From Paramecium tetraurelia (Eukaryota), in assembly GCA_000165425.1 (NCBI GenBank), contig CT868074.1, positions 248,001 to 312,000 of the forward strand: a stretch of DNA of 64,000 nucleotides, read 5' to 3'. The notes under the pieces are model-generated. The model made no database searches and had not been told where the DNA came from. It saw only the letters and a list, made by a program, of their open reading frames with translations. Below, one piece after another: positions 13,352-26,943 of the stretch. Position 1 is the first letter of the stretch. Each line of letters opens with the position of its first letter. Made by a program: the position numbers and the translations under genes.

Positions 13352-16300
13352 TCATTAATATGGGGAATCCTCATTGGTATTGGAGGGATCAATTATTCCA
13401 ACATCTAAAATCATGCCTTAGTCACACACGGAGTCGAAATTATCTTTGTAGGTTTCCGACCAATTTTCATCATCAATTTTCTATTATGGCTTTTGAGATT
13501 AAATGAGTGGCTCATCGACATTCTGACCCTCTGACTTATTAAAATGCAAATTTAACTAAATTGGTAGACAATTTATAATTACTTGATCAATAGCCTTTGT
13601 AATCTTTGGAATTGGAAAATTCAAATAGAATTAGTATTCCTTATATCTCCTCAACTTCCCAAGAATGTTTTCAATAAGAGACTTATTAGAACTAAAGTAA
13701 TTCTAAGCGACCTTAAAGTTATTTGTTATTTCTGCTATCCAAGAAGCCAAACAATAAGAAAAGTTTTTATCACTTAAGAATTGATTGTTAATTGCATCTA
13801 AGATAGATTTTCCTTTTGAGAATGCTGCTAACTTTGTTTGTGTCTCTATTAAAGCCTAAAATAAATATGATTGCATACCTAAAATCTCATTTCTCCATAT
13901 GCATCTTATATTTTAAGTATACTCTCTATTATGTGGAATATAGGATCAATCTAATGCCAAGCCATATTCCAATCCAATAGAATTTATATTAATTGCTCAA
14001 TAATAATCTCACTTGTTTAGATATCATCAAAACAAAGGTGCTTAGTCATATCTACAACTATTGGATTCAATTAAACCATAGGGGCGAATATAGTTTTATA
14101 ATCTCCTTAATCCCTTATGTCTGCAAGTAATTTATTATCAAGATTAACAAATTAATTACAATATTAGAATAAATAGGTGGGTGTTTTCTCATTCGTTAAT
14201 TTCATTCCGTCAGTAAATGAGCCTAAAATAGATTTACAAATCAATTCACACATTGCTGAACAAGTTCCTTCCAATCCTTTATCATTCAACTTGCTGATGT
14301 TCATACAATTTCCATGAAACTAATTCTCATGAATAGTTTCCTTGTACAATCTGTATATCTTTTGTATATACCCTTTCTTCTACATATAATCAATAATGAA
14401 TGATGAAGTAGACACTGAGAACTTTAGAATTTAAAAGAATTCTGAAGCTCTTCTCATAGATTTTTTGCATGTTGGCAATAAATTATCAATGAAAAATGAT
14501 AAAAATTAAGTAATAGTTGAATTTTATGTTTAAAATGAATGTTTCTATTGTTCTTCTTCGTAATTAACAACGCATTATATTGATTGGATCAATAATTTAC
14601 TGAATGCATGCTTAATTTCCTATTAAGTCGATTCAATTATTGTGTTAACAAGTAAATTGAGATTTGTTTGGAGGTGAGTCAAAAACCAAAAGGATGCAGA
14701 TGTTACCTTTTCATATAAAGCACATAAGACTTGAATTGAATTAACAAATTCTGATTGATCTTTATTCTTCATTAAGGATTCCAAAGAGAATAGAGTGAAT
14801 AATTTAACCACTTTTAGTGATGGCGATTCTTAGGCATGTACTACAACCTACTCCTCAGATTTCTATGAAACATTCTAAGGTTCCAATTATTCTTAGTGAT
14901 CTTCAAAATTGAACTGACATACAAACTCTCTAACAAATGCTTAGTAATCCGATGAATAAAATAGTTGGTTCTTTAGATATACTATATTCTCTTAGATGAT
15001 CTTATTCTATAAACATTTTTCATTAGTTCCCTTTATTTGAATATCCTACTTATCAATTTTCTCATAAAATAACAAATATGCATTTTTTGATTTATTTGAA
15101 TCCCAATCAAAATTGTTGTAATAATCATTCTATTAATTATTACCACCAAAGCATTCCTATTTTAAATTCTCAAATTTAAAAGGACTCACAAATCTATCAT
15201 CAAATTCAAACCATTTATTCTCTTAAGAATTTATAAATGAATAATAATGTCCACTATCTGCACTCCCTGTATGAATGAGGACTCCTACCAATTTATATAT
15301 ATAATCTGTATGATCATCCAATTATAGATTATTAATTAAATGATCCTTTGTCCACTTGAACATGTTAATCTCTGACGGGAATTCGAAGTAATCATTTACT
15401 TTTAACTTCAACATTCTATTGTAATCAAATTCAAATCTCTTTAGTGTAAAAATAAAGGTATTAGGTAATTTTTTAAAATAGCACCTCTTTTCAACATCTA
15501 TTCTTCTATTGATTGCTTCACAAAAGTATTTATTCTCTCCATCTAATACATCTGCTTTAATAAATAAATCTAATGCTTCTTCTAAATTTTTCTTATTTTT
15601 GATTTCAATAGTCACAGTTAAGAAAACTTCATCAGTTTCTCGTTAAAATTCTACATCTTATTCTAACGATCTAATTTCATGTCCTAATGTACCACCCATA
15701 ATCTGATGTATTAATTCTTATTGTTAAGTGCCTTTTTGATCCTTCTCCAACTTGTCAGTTAATAAATTAAAAAATTCATTGACATCCTATTAGACTGAGC
15801 AATTGATGGGCAAACCATCATAGCCTTGCAAAGTCTTTATAAATTAAATAGGATTTATAAATGATCTCACACTGTCCTATAATTAAATAAATACTTATTG
15901 CAATTAATATAAGGCATGATCTGATAATTTATTTCTTATAGATTCTGATTTTATTTAATCAACATCATCATAAACAATAGTTTCATTATTTTCTGTGATT
16001 GATATCTAACTATTCAAAATTCCATGTCTAAATGCTTTATTCATAAAGAACTATTGTAATAATGAATTTATGTAACAAGTGGCACCTAAATTCTTGAGTC
16101 CAACAAATCCATAGTGTCCTTTTACACCAGTATCAAAATCTTAGTCAGGCTATTCGATTCTGCCATGAGTGTTAGAGATGGGATCCAATAACAGTAAGAA
16201 ATTCTACTCGCAATTTTTGCTTGCCTCTATTAATAAATGAAAGGCTCTCTTTCTTGTGAGTTTTCTTTTAAATTTTGGATATTTAGCATAGTCATCATTT

Positions 16301-19300
16301 AAGTGAAACAAGAATTCATACACTTACCTAATTAATTGCTTTGATAATGCTTCCTTTGTTTAAGGACAAATTTCTATTATAGCAGTCAAGAGTATTAAAT
16401 ACCCTTAGACCACTTTATCCTCATTGTCTTCAAATCTCTCTTCAATTATGGGTCGATCAATAATCTTCTGAATTATTTATTATGACAAATCTTAAAAGTC
16501 AAAATTTTAGGTCAGTACCTCATAATTAGTTCTCTTGAGTACAACTGCTGTCAATATGAATATGTCTTCAAATTGAGTGTTTGGATTTACAATTTGAGGA
16601 ATCAGTTCTTTTAACAAATAAAATCCAAAATCATTCTGGGAATTTTAAGATGGTATTTTACAGATTTAAATTAACGAATAGGTTAAAATTCTTCGGCATT
16701 CTTGAGACTAAGATTGTGACAAAACTTATAAGACTTATGAGGGAAAACTCTCAATTTCATAGATGGTCTACACCAGAGCTGAATTTTAATAGAGAATCAA
16801 TAAGATTGCTTAAAAAATTTGTTCAAATCCTAAGTCAATTTTACTTATTAATGATCTGAGAAGATCTTCATGTGGAAAATTCAAGAATTCTTAAAAAAGC
16901 TGATTCTCCTTAAATTAAAGGATTAGCATCTGTCTTTCATCAAAGTTATCTTAGGTCTATAATTGTTGTTTCGATATTGGTATTGTGTGTTCTTCAACTG
17001 GGGGAGTCAATGGAGGAGTGATTGAGGTATTATTAAATTTAGGAGTAGAGACTCCACTTGACTAAGAATTTGATGCTGTCTCAGACTTTTGCTTTGATTT
17101 ATCAGAGTCGTTATTTTCATTAAAAAAGAAGGTTGAAGGCAATCTATCTTCAAACTATTTGAATTGATTTCTTACTGTTTCCTTTAAGTTAATGATTCTG
17201 CTGCAAAATTCATCATTTCTCTCTATTTTTGATAATACGTAGGCTGTAAAGTAGATGAGAAATATTTCTAAAGCTAATTAAATAGTATTTGAATCAACAT
17301 TGGGCATGAAGAACAATTATTAAATTTAAATTAATCCACCTTGCATTAAAAAGTTCTCTCTGCATTATTTACGCTTTCTCAATTCATCTTGATCATCTAT
17401 AAAATCACAATCCAATAGTTCCTTTAATATTTATAGGTTATAATATAGCTTGTATTTATTTTGTTGATCCAATAGATTTTCCCATTCTGATGTTTATTGG
17501 CATTTGTCAATCAATTCATATGTCTCTCTGTTTCTGGGAATCATAGATAAAATCTACCATACTTTTGAATTCAAATTTTCATCATTCAAATTCAAGATGT
17601 CAAATAATTTTTAAATATAATTGTTGTTTTCTGAAATGAAGGTTGCAACACTGAATTTTTGAACCAATTAAAAATTATTATCATTCTGAACAGCCTTCTA
17701 AAATTAAAATTATGGTTATTAAGGATTAGACATCTAATTGTCGATAAATTAGGTTTACTACTATTTGTTGGATTTATCCTATAGTGGACTGACTTATCTG
17801 ATTTATTTCTCCTCGAACTTTTAAAGATGGAATTCTCTATTTTCAATCAAATCCATTATTGACATTTCCAAATTCCAATTATTTTCATTTAATAAATACT
17901 CTACAAGTTCCTAACTGAACTCATTAGTGATATTCATAACCTTTTAAATCTTCTCTTATTGATCATTATTCAATTATTTATATATTGGCATTCCCAAAGG
18001 TATTGGTTCATTTATTGGAAGAGGGACAACCTTGCTCATTTTCTGAGTATTGAAAGCCTCTTTCAAATCATCAATGTCTCCTTGACAGATGGCTAATGGT
18101 TTCGAATCTTCAATTTTCTAATTTTCATCCTATTGAGGTCTCATCAGAATTTGAAAAGTAGGTTTCTTATCAAATTTATAATCCTTCAAGCTCTTCTGAT
18201 TATCTAGCCAAGTTCCTCTATACACTACATCGATTTCATTCCGTTTTACTTGTGGATTGATCTTTTGTCCAATGATCTATTTCACAAGTATTATTTTCAT
18301 GTTCTCAGGCACTGATATCTCCTATCTTTTGGGATGTTAAGCATTCTTACATCTATTATCAATGATGATCAACATGTTCTATCCACTTGATTCTCCCTTC
18401 TCAAAACTATCCTATTTTAAATACTTCATTCCTTCCACTTCTTCTAGTAATTTTATACATAAGTCTAAGCATTTTTCGGTTGTGTTCTATTGGACATTGT
18501 CGAATATGTGTTCAATATAATTCTATTTTAATTTATTCATTATTTATTAATTTATTGATTTGAATCCAGTTATTTAAAGTAAAAATTATTGAGCCTTCTA
18601 AATTATTTCCTTATTATTGCATTCAAAAAACACTTTCCATAAGATCTCCAAACCTACTATGTCAGCATCTTGAATTATATAAGAATCCATTACATCTGTC
18701 TTCAATATTTTGTATTATATGTTGAAATACATGATTAAATTTTAAAGACATGAAAAAATTGGTACAGTATATGAATTGTAATCTATTTTGATTAAATAAT
18801 CAAAGAATAACATTTATAGAGCATCCAACGAGATGATATTTTTATTAGAATTAAAAATCCACTTAAAAAACAAATCCTATTCCTTAACACTAAACGCATT
18901 ATTCACTAAGACCTACCAAATTATTTTTAAATGATGAGCTTCTATTTTATTGTCAGTCAACAAATACAGGAATTAGTAAAACTTCAACAGTTAATCAATC
19001 ACTTCAGTATAATGATCCTTATTTTATTCATAAGCTCTCTTTTTAGCCTTTGCAATCACAGCCAATAAAGACATTTTGAAATTATATTTCTACTCTAAAT
19101 ATTTAATCAATTCAGATTATGAATTATAGTTGTCAATTGGGTATTATGAAACAACAATCTTAGATATCATTTGTATATGATTTTCAGTTTAAGGGTCATT
19201 TTCAAATAATTTTTAGAATGCTTAATTTAAATACTTCATCCTTAGAAATCTAAACTACATGCAAATCAAATCCAATGCTATTTTAAATGCTTATTATCCA

Positions 19301-21217
19301 ATATCAACATTAGAGTTTTAATTTGTGATAGTCAAAAGATACTCCACTATTCTCCCTCTAATACCTTCTCCTTCTTCGTAATTTGTGTCTATACTATCAT
19401 CATTCTGAATGTTTCTCTTCTTGATCTCCTACTATTGCTATTGCTACTATAATTTCCGATCCTAATTCCTACTTATCAAATACTGGTTCTCTGATTATTA
19501 TTAATCTTCGTTATAGACTTTTATTGTAAGTTTCTCTGAATTTTTAGTTGAATTCTGAATAGATTCTTATTCAATCTCTAATTCTGTAAGAATATTATCT
19601 TTGGTTTCTTTCTTTTATTAAAAGTATTTCTTATCAAAATTTTGATTTCTTCCTAAACACTTAATGAAATTCAATATATTGGAATCCACTTTCTATTCTT
19701 ATATCTCCTATAGAACTGCCTCCATATCAGATTCAGACATAATTTCAGCTATGTCATTCAATATTTTAAATAGGAAATTGCTCCAACTTTCATGTTTTCC
19801 CTTTCCCATCTTCAAGATCTGAATTATATCACTTGTTTAAAGTTGGTTATTTCGATATAAGAAGCGAATAATTGGATTTGAACGCTTAATCAATTCAAAA
19901 TGAGCCTTTTCTCCAAATAATTCTTAAAATATTTTATTCTTCACCAAAAAGTTTATTAAAATGTCCTTCAAGATGTTATCATCATTCATCTAACCAACTT
20001 CATAATTCACATTAAAATCCATAAAGTTCAATGGGGTTATCTTTTCACAAATCTATTGTAATCCTATTATATAAATCAACAATTTACCAAAAATACGCTT
20101 CTCAAAGGTGTGACATCTGAAATAATGTAAGTAGATGTTCAATTCTGTTTGGCCTATGATTTCCTTTGTTTCACTACTGGTGTAAAAGGGAACCAATGCT
20201 TTTTCGAGTGTCTCATTTAGTCTCTTGACTTATTCCTTTGAGGATAGCTTAATATCTTCCTCATTGATTTTTTGATAAAATAATTTTAATTAATCCTTTA
20301 GTCCTGAAAAGTAATTTATGAATTTCTATTTATCCACAAAATTACTAAAATAATTGAATACATCCAGAATGTCTATAAAGACCATCTGGAAATTATTGAT
20401 CCCGTCAATCAATAAGGCAAACCCTCCGTTTTAATAAAAGTAATGCATTTAAATTCTCAACAATGGCGATAAGTGGATACTAGATTTGTTTTTATGGAAG
20501 TCTTCCAAGATTTCTCCTTGCAAAGGATAATAGCTCTGGTAAGTGGGATCAAGATCCTTTCCTTGGACGACATTGTGTTCACTTTGCACATTTGCCATGT
20601 TACGCTCTAAATAAAAGCTGGATAAAGCGTATTTGAATTGGTTTTCATTAAAATGAGAATCAAAAAACCTGACTTCGGGATAGACGAAGATTCTCTTAAA
20701 TACAGCTAGACTTATTGTTGGGTGTTGCTTCCAAATGTTCAATGCTAATCTTTAGATCATTAATAGAATTTCATTGAAGTAACACTGCACTTTTAATTAT
20801 CTTTGATCTGTAAATAATTTATTTAAAAAACTATCCATAATTGGAAATACTCTTTTGTTGAAATATGTATTGAAATCAGGATGGATATTAGCTTTGTTGA
20901 GAAGTATTGCTTTTATTTCTATTTCTAATTCTAGGAGAATAGGCATCCATCTCGGCATTATACCTATTCATATTTTGTATAATACTGCTTTGTAATTCAT
21001 TGATATCTGATTGACGATCCCTATCATTAACGTTGAGTGTGACACCTGTCTATTCTAATTCTAGAACCCTATTCAAATCATAAAAAATTTCATGAGTATT
21101 CATAGATTGTATCGAATGCGGATTAGGATCAAATTGCTCATGCATCGAATGAGTAATGATTTACATTTCGCGAGACTTCATTTTATTGTCATCTTCGCTT
21201 TAATTTATTTAAACCAT
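13352..21217 (-). CDS. Large ubiquitin carboxyl-terminal hydrolase (USP9/24/34-like)
   Basis: Cys box GFVGLKNLGATCYINSLLQQFFM (~16110-16040), QQDVNEFFNLLTD, LDGENKYFCE, His box LVGVLIHTGSADSGHYYSFI..KWFEFDD; about 2600 aa. Confidence 0.92.
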
Positions 21218-21388
21218 TAGGAAATATTTATAATAAAAATAATATAAGTATAGCACACCTAATTAACATAAAAAAACTATTTATAATTAAATATGATAAA
21301 CCAATAGCAGAATCTTGTTGAGTAGAATACAACCACTTAATGAAAAATAAATAAATTGATTTTAGAGAAATACAAATAACTAAGTACA

Positions 21389-22171
21389 TCAAGATTAAAA
21401 CCAAGGATGAGCAATGAAATCCTCCAAATTAGGTCTTTTATACGGATTCTATTGCATCATTTAGGCTGCAATTTCTTTGGAGTCCTCGTTGTTTATCAAT
21501 TCCAATAAAATAACACCTAAACTGTAAACTTCAGTAGGGTATGGGAGATAGGACTAACCATCAACAATCTCTGGTGCCACATATGGTTTAGTTCCATAAA
21601 ATTCAGTGAATTTCTATTTGCCATTCGTCACTGCACCAAAGGCAAAGTCAATGAGTATAGGTTCGTTGTTTTAAATTAGAACATTATTTAGATTTAAATC
21701 TCTATGAACTACTCCCAATTCATGAATCCTCTACAGAGCTACATATAGATTCAAGAATATACTTTATAAAAGTTTGTAGTAGAATTATTTAGTAATTCTT
21801 TCACTATTTTTGTCCAATGGTTAAGCATCAATGTATTCTAAAATTAGGAAATAATTGTTTAAAGTTCTAGTTCTTCTGGTACTGATTTCGATAGTGGTGT
21901 AGAATCCGAAGCCGATTAATTGGACTACATTGGAACAACCTTTCAGTTTAGTTAAGATGGTTATTTCAGTATCGTAGGTTTTCCTGCATTCAGATTAAGT
22001 TAAATTCTTGATTGATAATTTCTTCACTGCCACTATTCTGTCGCTTTAGATGTGTCTGTATAGATCAACACTAAGATAATAGAATACAGAAATATACGTG
22101 GATGAGTATCCTGATCCAAGATTTTTGATGAATTCGAAGTCTTCTAAGGATGAGAGTTCTGGATAAAGCAT
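21389..22171 (-). CDS. Small Ser/Thr protein kinase
   Basis: LGSGYSS, VAVKKI, VVHRDLNLNNVL, IDFAFG, GTKPYVAPE, EVYSLGVIL, KRP..HPWF; 2 introns. Confidence 0.88.
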
Positions 22172-22512
22172 TGTGTAGGTTATGTAAGTAAGTTTTATTA
22201 TAATTATTTTAAATGTTTTAACACAAATTTCTATTTTTACTCTATTTTTAGTGCGTACTATCACAAAATATCAGGCATAATTCGTAATTATTAAAGTGAT
22301 CATTTTAATTCTGATTAAATCACCTGCAAAATCTAATTTAAATAGTTGATGCACTAGAGTTTTAGTTTAAAAATGGTTATAAAATGTTGATTGTAAATTG
22401 ATGTTTATTTAAACGGATGTTAATCAACATGAAATGATTAAAATACAATAAGTTTCTATAATCTAACGATATAAAATTTATATAATAATTAAAATTAGTA
22501 TAGAATATTGAA

Positions 22513-24111
22513 ATGGATTCGTAATAAGATGTTGAATGCGATCAATGCCAGACAGTTCCAGAGACGTATGTAAAATTGGAATGCGAACATAAATTTTGTT
22601 TAATATGTTTGGCCTACAATTACTTATAAATTTAACAGGAGAAGCAAAATCTTGAAGACTACGAAAGAGTGGCAGTATGTTTTAAATGCAATCATCTTAC
22701 CAAACTTGATTAAGATACAGTCGAAGCCCTTCATATGGTCATCAAGGAAATCATAGTTCCGTTAATTGAATAAAATTAAATTAACCCTAAATCCAATAAC
22801 GATAGCGAGGTGGTTGAAGTCATTGATGATTTACGTGATTTGGGAGTATAAAATGTTGGATCTCAACATTAATCGAATCAAAAGAATGCCATGGCCAACG
22901 AAAGACTATAGTTGTATTTGGAGAGATTGGAAAAGAGTTTCAAATCCAAATTCGAGGCCATCAAGGACATTCAGGATCAGAAATATTAATTTCAATCAAA
23001 ATGCAAATAAACGAAAGATGAAATCAATAGTCAATATTAACAAGTAAATATTTCATAAAGTTGTCATTAGTTTATTCTGAGTTTGGAACAAAAGAAAAAC
23101 TAAACGTTTAATGATATAAACAGTTTAGAGATGATTCAATTACTGGAAATTTAAAAGTAAGAAAAAGATCTCGAATAACAAATACAACAAATGGCATAGT
23201 TCTAAGAAGAAATCAATTCCCTCATCTATTAGAATTTGAATAAGTCCCAAGAAGATATTAGCAAATTGTTAATTGACATAGAAAAGAGTTTAAATGTTCC
23301 ATCGTCATCCCTCCAAATTGTAATCATTTTTATTATGACATTATAGAAATCTTCCATATTGGCCACACAAAGATAATTGCTTAAATTGTCAACCAATGCC
23401 CAGTCCTAGTTGTGTGCTACTGTTCCTAATTTATTATAAGATTTTCCACAATCCATTAGACAAAAAGAATTATTTAGCAAAAACTCCAATTCAGATGAAA
23501 AACCTTTGGATTCTAAACTAAATGTCCATTTTGAAAGACAAGATAGACTCAGCAAGTTTAGTCCAATAAAATCAGAAAAACTCAATGACCTATGGCCTAA
23601 AAATGATAAACCTCATCATTCCTTAGAGAAGAATACCATCAGAGAGAGCAAGGATCTTCACGAATTTAAAGATTATCGAGAGAAGGAGAAGGATAAGAAA
23701 TATTAAAAGATATTGACTCAAGAGAGCGTTAATGCAAATCCAAAATCAAAATTTAGATATGAAGATAGTGATGATAAGAATAAAAATAATTCAAAAAAAA
23801 TGATTGACAGTCAGATATCCTAGAAGAATAATTTAGTAAGTAAATGGAAGGATTAATTGTTTGATGTTTTTGATAAAAAAGCCATAAAGTAATCTGAATC
23901 TCCTAAAGCACCTGAAAAACTCAATTATGCCACTCGTGATGTTCCTTATCATAGAGAATCATCCACTCATTATCCAAGAGAGAACAAAAACTCATAAGAA
24001 AAGTTGACTTCAAAATAACAATTGATTAATCGTGCCTGCACAATCCATGACGTATTAAATATGCAGTATCAAAATTTCATGACCCAAAAAGAAAACCTAA
24101 TAAGAAGATGA
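22513..24111 (+). CDS. RING-finger + coiled-coil protein
   Basis: CDQC..LECEHKFCLIC..CFKC RING pattern, then coiled coil and a low-complexity tail; 2 introns; TGA at 24109-24111. Confidence 0.82.
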
Positions 24112-25398
24112 TCAATCAAATTATTCAATATAACTTTATATAGAATCAAATATCTCTACTTCCAAATCTAATGTTTTAAGTCTCTCTTTAAATTGTTGAT
24201 TTCCGTTAAATTTAAATTCAGTATAATAGATGAACAATATTTCACCTGTCAATTTGAAAATATCTATTTAGTTCTCCAAAGATAGAAAGATGCTTTACAA
24301 CATAAGTTCAATTTCAGAAGACAGTACCTATTATTTAGTATTAGCATAAGAGACTTCATCTTATTAAAGTAGTGATTTTATGCACATCAAAATCTAACAT
24401 AAATCAGAATCTTACCTCTTCCAAATTGCTGATATCCAATCTATCTAGACAATATTAAATGCCATAAGAAAGGTGTTGATAAATCTTAAAATCATAGAAA
24501 TACAATCGAATTTAATAATTAGACAAGAGCAGATTCCTAATAAGGATGTATAAGCCTCCTTGGATTTTGTTATCCTTATTTAATTCAAAAATTAAGGGAG
24601 ACAGAAATTGATATGATATGATCTGCAATAATTATTCAGCCTCTAAAAATGATAGATTAATAAAAAAGTCAAGAACGTACACTCTGTCGTCTTTAAAATC
24701 CTCTATAGCTTCCTGAATGTATTTATTCTTAATAAGGTATGTGAATAGGTATTCCTCGTTTTAGATTTCTTCTGTGATTTTAATAAGAAATTTATAAAAG
24801 TTGAGTTAATCGTATTGTTTAACGCCTTTGATGGATTATAACAATTAGAGCTATTGTTAGTCAGAGTTCATTTTAATAAATTGATATGGCCAACACGAAA
24901 TACACTCTAATAAATTGGGTATTATGTCCAATTCCGTATAACTATCAAGAATCTCTGAGACAGATGTCAATAATTTGAATGAAACAAATTAAGTGAATAT
25001 TTCAGGGTCTTGGATTGATAAAATATTGGTTATCGATACAATTAGCTATTTATTCATGAATTGCTTACATAAAATTATAAACTATTAATTTTAGTGTTAT
25101 TTAACTATTTAATGAGTGCATCAGACAATTGTTATGATCGATTTGAGAGGTCGAATTTCTCGATATACCTTAGAATGATGACGATAAGATCTTCGTCATT
25201 TGTACTTTCTAGGAGAAGGATAGATTCTTCAAAGAAATCGGAATCAATTACATTAGCTTGTATTAATTATTCATACTTTTGAATTAGTTGTAAATTAGAG
25301 TTGCTTTGATGGGCTTTTTCTCTTGCCAATTTGAAGTGATTTTCTAAGGCTTCTCTTCTAATACTACATCTAAATTTTTCTCTTTTTTATAAAATCAT
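24112..25398 (-). CDS. Divergent importin-alpha-like / ARM-repeat protein
   Basis: Basic IBB-like N-terminus QKREKFRCSIRREALENHFKLAR followed by Leu/Ile-rich helical repeats; ends ...SYIEQFD* at 24112-24114. Confidence 0.6.
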
Positions 25399-25738
25399 TT
25401 TGAAGAAATTAAAATAAACTATTTATTTTTGCAGTAATAAAAAATCAATCAATGTTTACATCAAATTATTAATTCCCTTACGACTGAAAATAGGGGTATT
25501 ATTAAAATGGCTATTTAATAAATATTACTTATCTGAGAATAAGAAAGAATCAATTAACATAGTACTATTTTGTGAAGAAGAGCAAATTGATGAAGCAGTT
25601 ATAATTCAAAGACATATTTATTATAAACACATGCATGACACTAAAATTCTAAATAAGAAATCTAAGACATTGAATTAGAATATTCATTTCTTACAAAGTT
25701 AACAAAAATAAATAAAATATATATAAATATTAATTAAT

Positions 25739-26163
25739 ATGAGATTGTTGGTTCATAATTTACTGATGTGTAATAAGTGTGATAAGAACAATTATCCACT
25801 TAAAATAGAAGTGAATAAGAGTGTTATTATGGAATTAGAGTTCAAAAAAGATGCAATTTTAAAGTTAATTCCAAAGCTGATTTTGAGGTATTATCTAATA
25901 CAGTCAGAGAAGTAAGTCAATGAATTATGAGATAGCTTGGATTCAAATAATTCCCTAAACAGATTCCTGCCAATGCGGAACAAGACTTAGGCTTCTTAAA
26001 AGACTTGCACAGAGTTTTATTTGAGGTAATAATTTAAAGAAAGAATTTAATTTAGACTCACATAATGGATGGCCAATTGACTTGCCCCAATCCATCGTGC
26101 AAAAGAAATTATCCCATCACAAATGGAATTCCTAATATGATTCTTACAGAAGATGAACAATGA
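25739..26163 (+). CDS. TRM112: Trm112 methyltransferase activator (1-nt frameshift in this sequence)
   Basis: [17 protein letters not shown]...[36 protein letters not shown]; 2 introns. One extra base is needed near 25878 to read PKLDFEVL. Confidence 0.88.
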
Positions 26164-26295
26164 TATAAATTGGTAATTTGTCAATAATAATAATTCTCAC
26201 TTTAAGAATGTGTTTCGATTTCTGTGCGATTGTAATTCTCTACTCCATTTATTGATATAATAAATTTTAGCTTTTCTTGCCATTAATTAATATTA

Positions 26296-26943
26296 ATGAG
26301 CAGCAAGCTAAGTTAATAATAAACTCCTCAAAAACCTATTAGACATCCGCCTTTACAAAGATTAAAACCAGAACAATATGATGAACAACCACAACAAGTC
26401 AATGTTTTTGACCCATAAAAATATGTTAAGCCTGGACTCAGTAAGGAGGATGTCATCAAAATAAAAGAGTGTTTTGATATATTTGATGATGATAAAAGTG
26501 GTGCTATTTCGTAACAATTTTGACATATTATCTCTCTATAGACCGAATGAATTGAAAAATGCCATTGTGGCTTTAGGTATGGAACAGAGCATTGAGGATA
26601 TTGTCAACATGATTCAAGATCTGGATCAGGATGGATCAAGACAAGTCGATTTTGAAGAATTTTTATAGATATTCGGATTTTAAGGGTATTTGTGATTTAA
26701 ATCTGAAGTTCGATTGAGGATGAAGAAGTTTTGACAGATTTGTACAAATAATTTGATTCGTCAAAAGAAGGGAAAATTACCTATGAAGATTTCAAAAGAA
26801 TAAATGAATTGGTTTCTGAAAGATACACTGATCAGGAATTAAGAGAAATGGTTTAGTTTGCAGATTTAAACAATGATGGTGCATTGAATTGGGATGAATT
26901 CAAAATTGTTATTCAGAAAGAGAATTCGAATAATAAAAAATGA
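26296..26943 (+). CDS. Centrin (EF-hand, infraciliary-lattice-like)
   Basis: KYVKPGLSKEDVIKIKECFDIFDDDKSGAISPNELK, DLDQDGSRQVDFEEFL, ADLNNDGALNWDEF; 2 introns. Confidence 0.9.

Noticed and set aside
10280..13777. Several + strand ORF-track entries rich in F/L/I
   Set aside because: Antisense shadows of SPEF2 and the USP gene.
25450..25738. Open frame running in-frame into the TRM112 ATG
   Set aside because: No upstream ATG in frame, TRM112 has its canonical MRLL start, and long open frames are common when only TGA stops.
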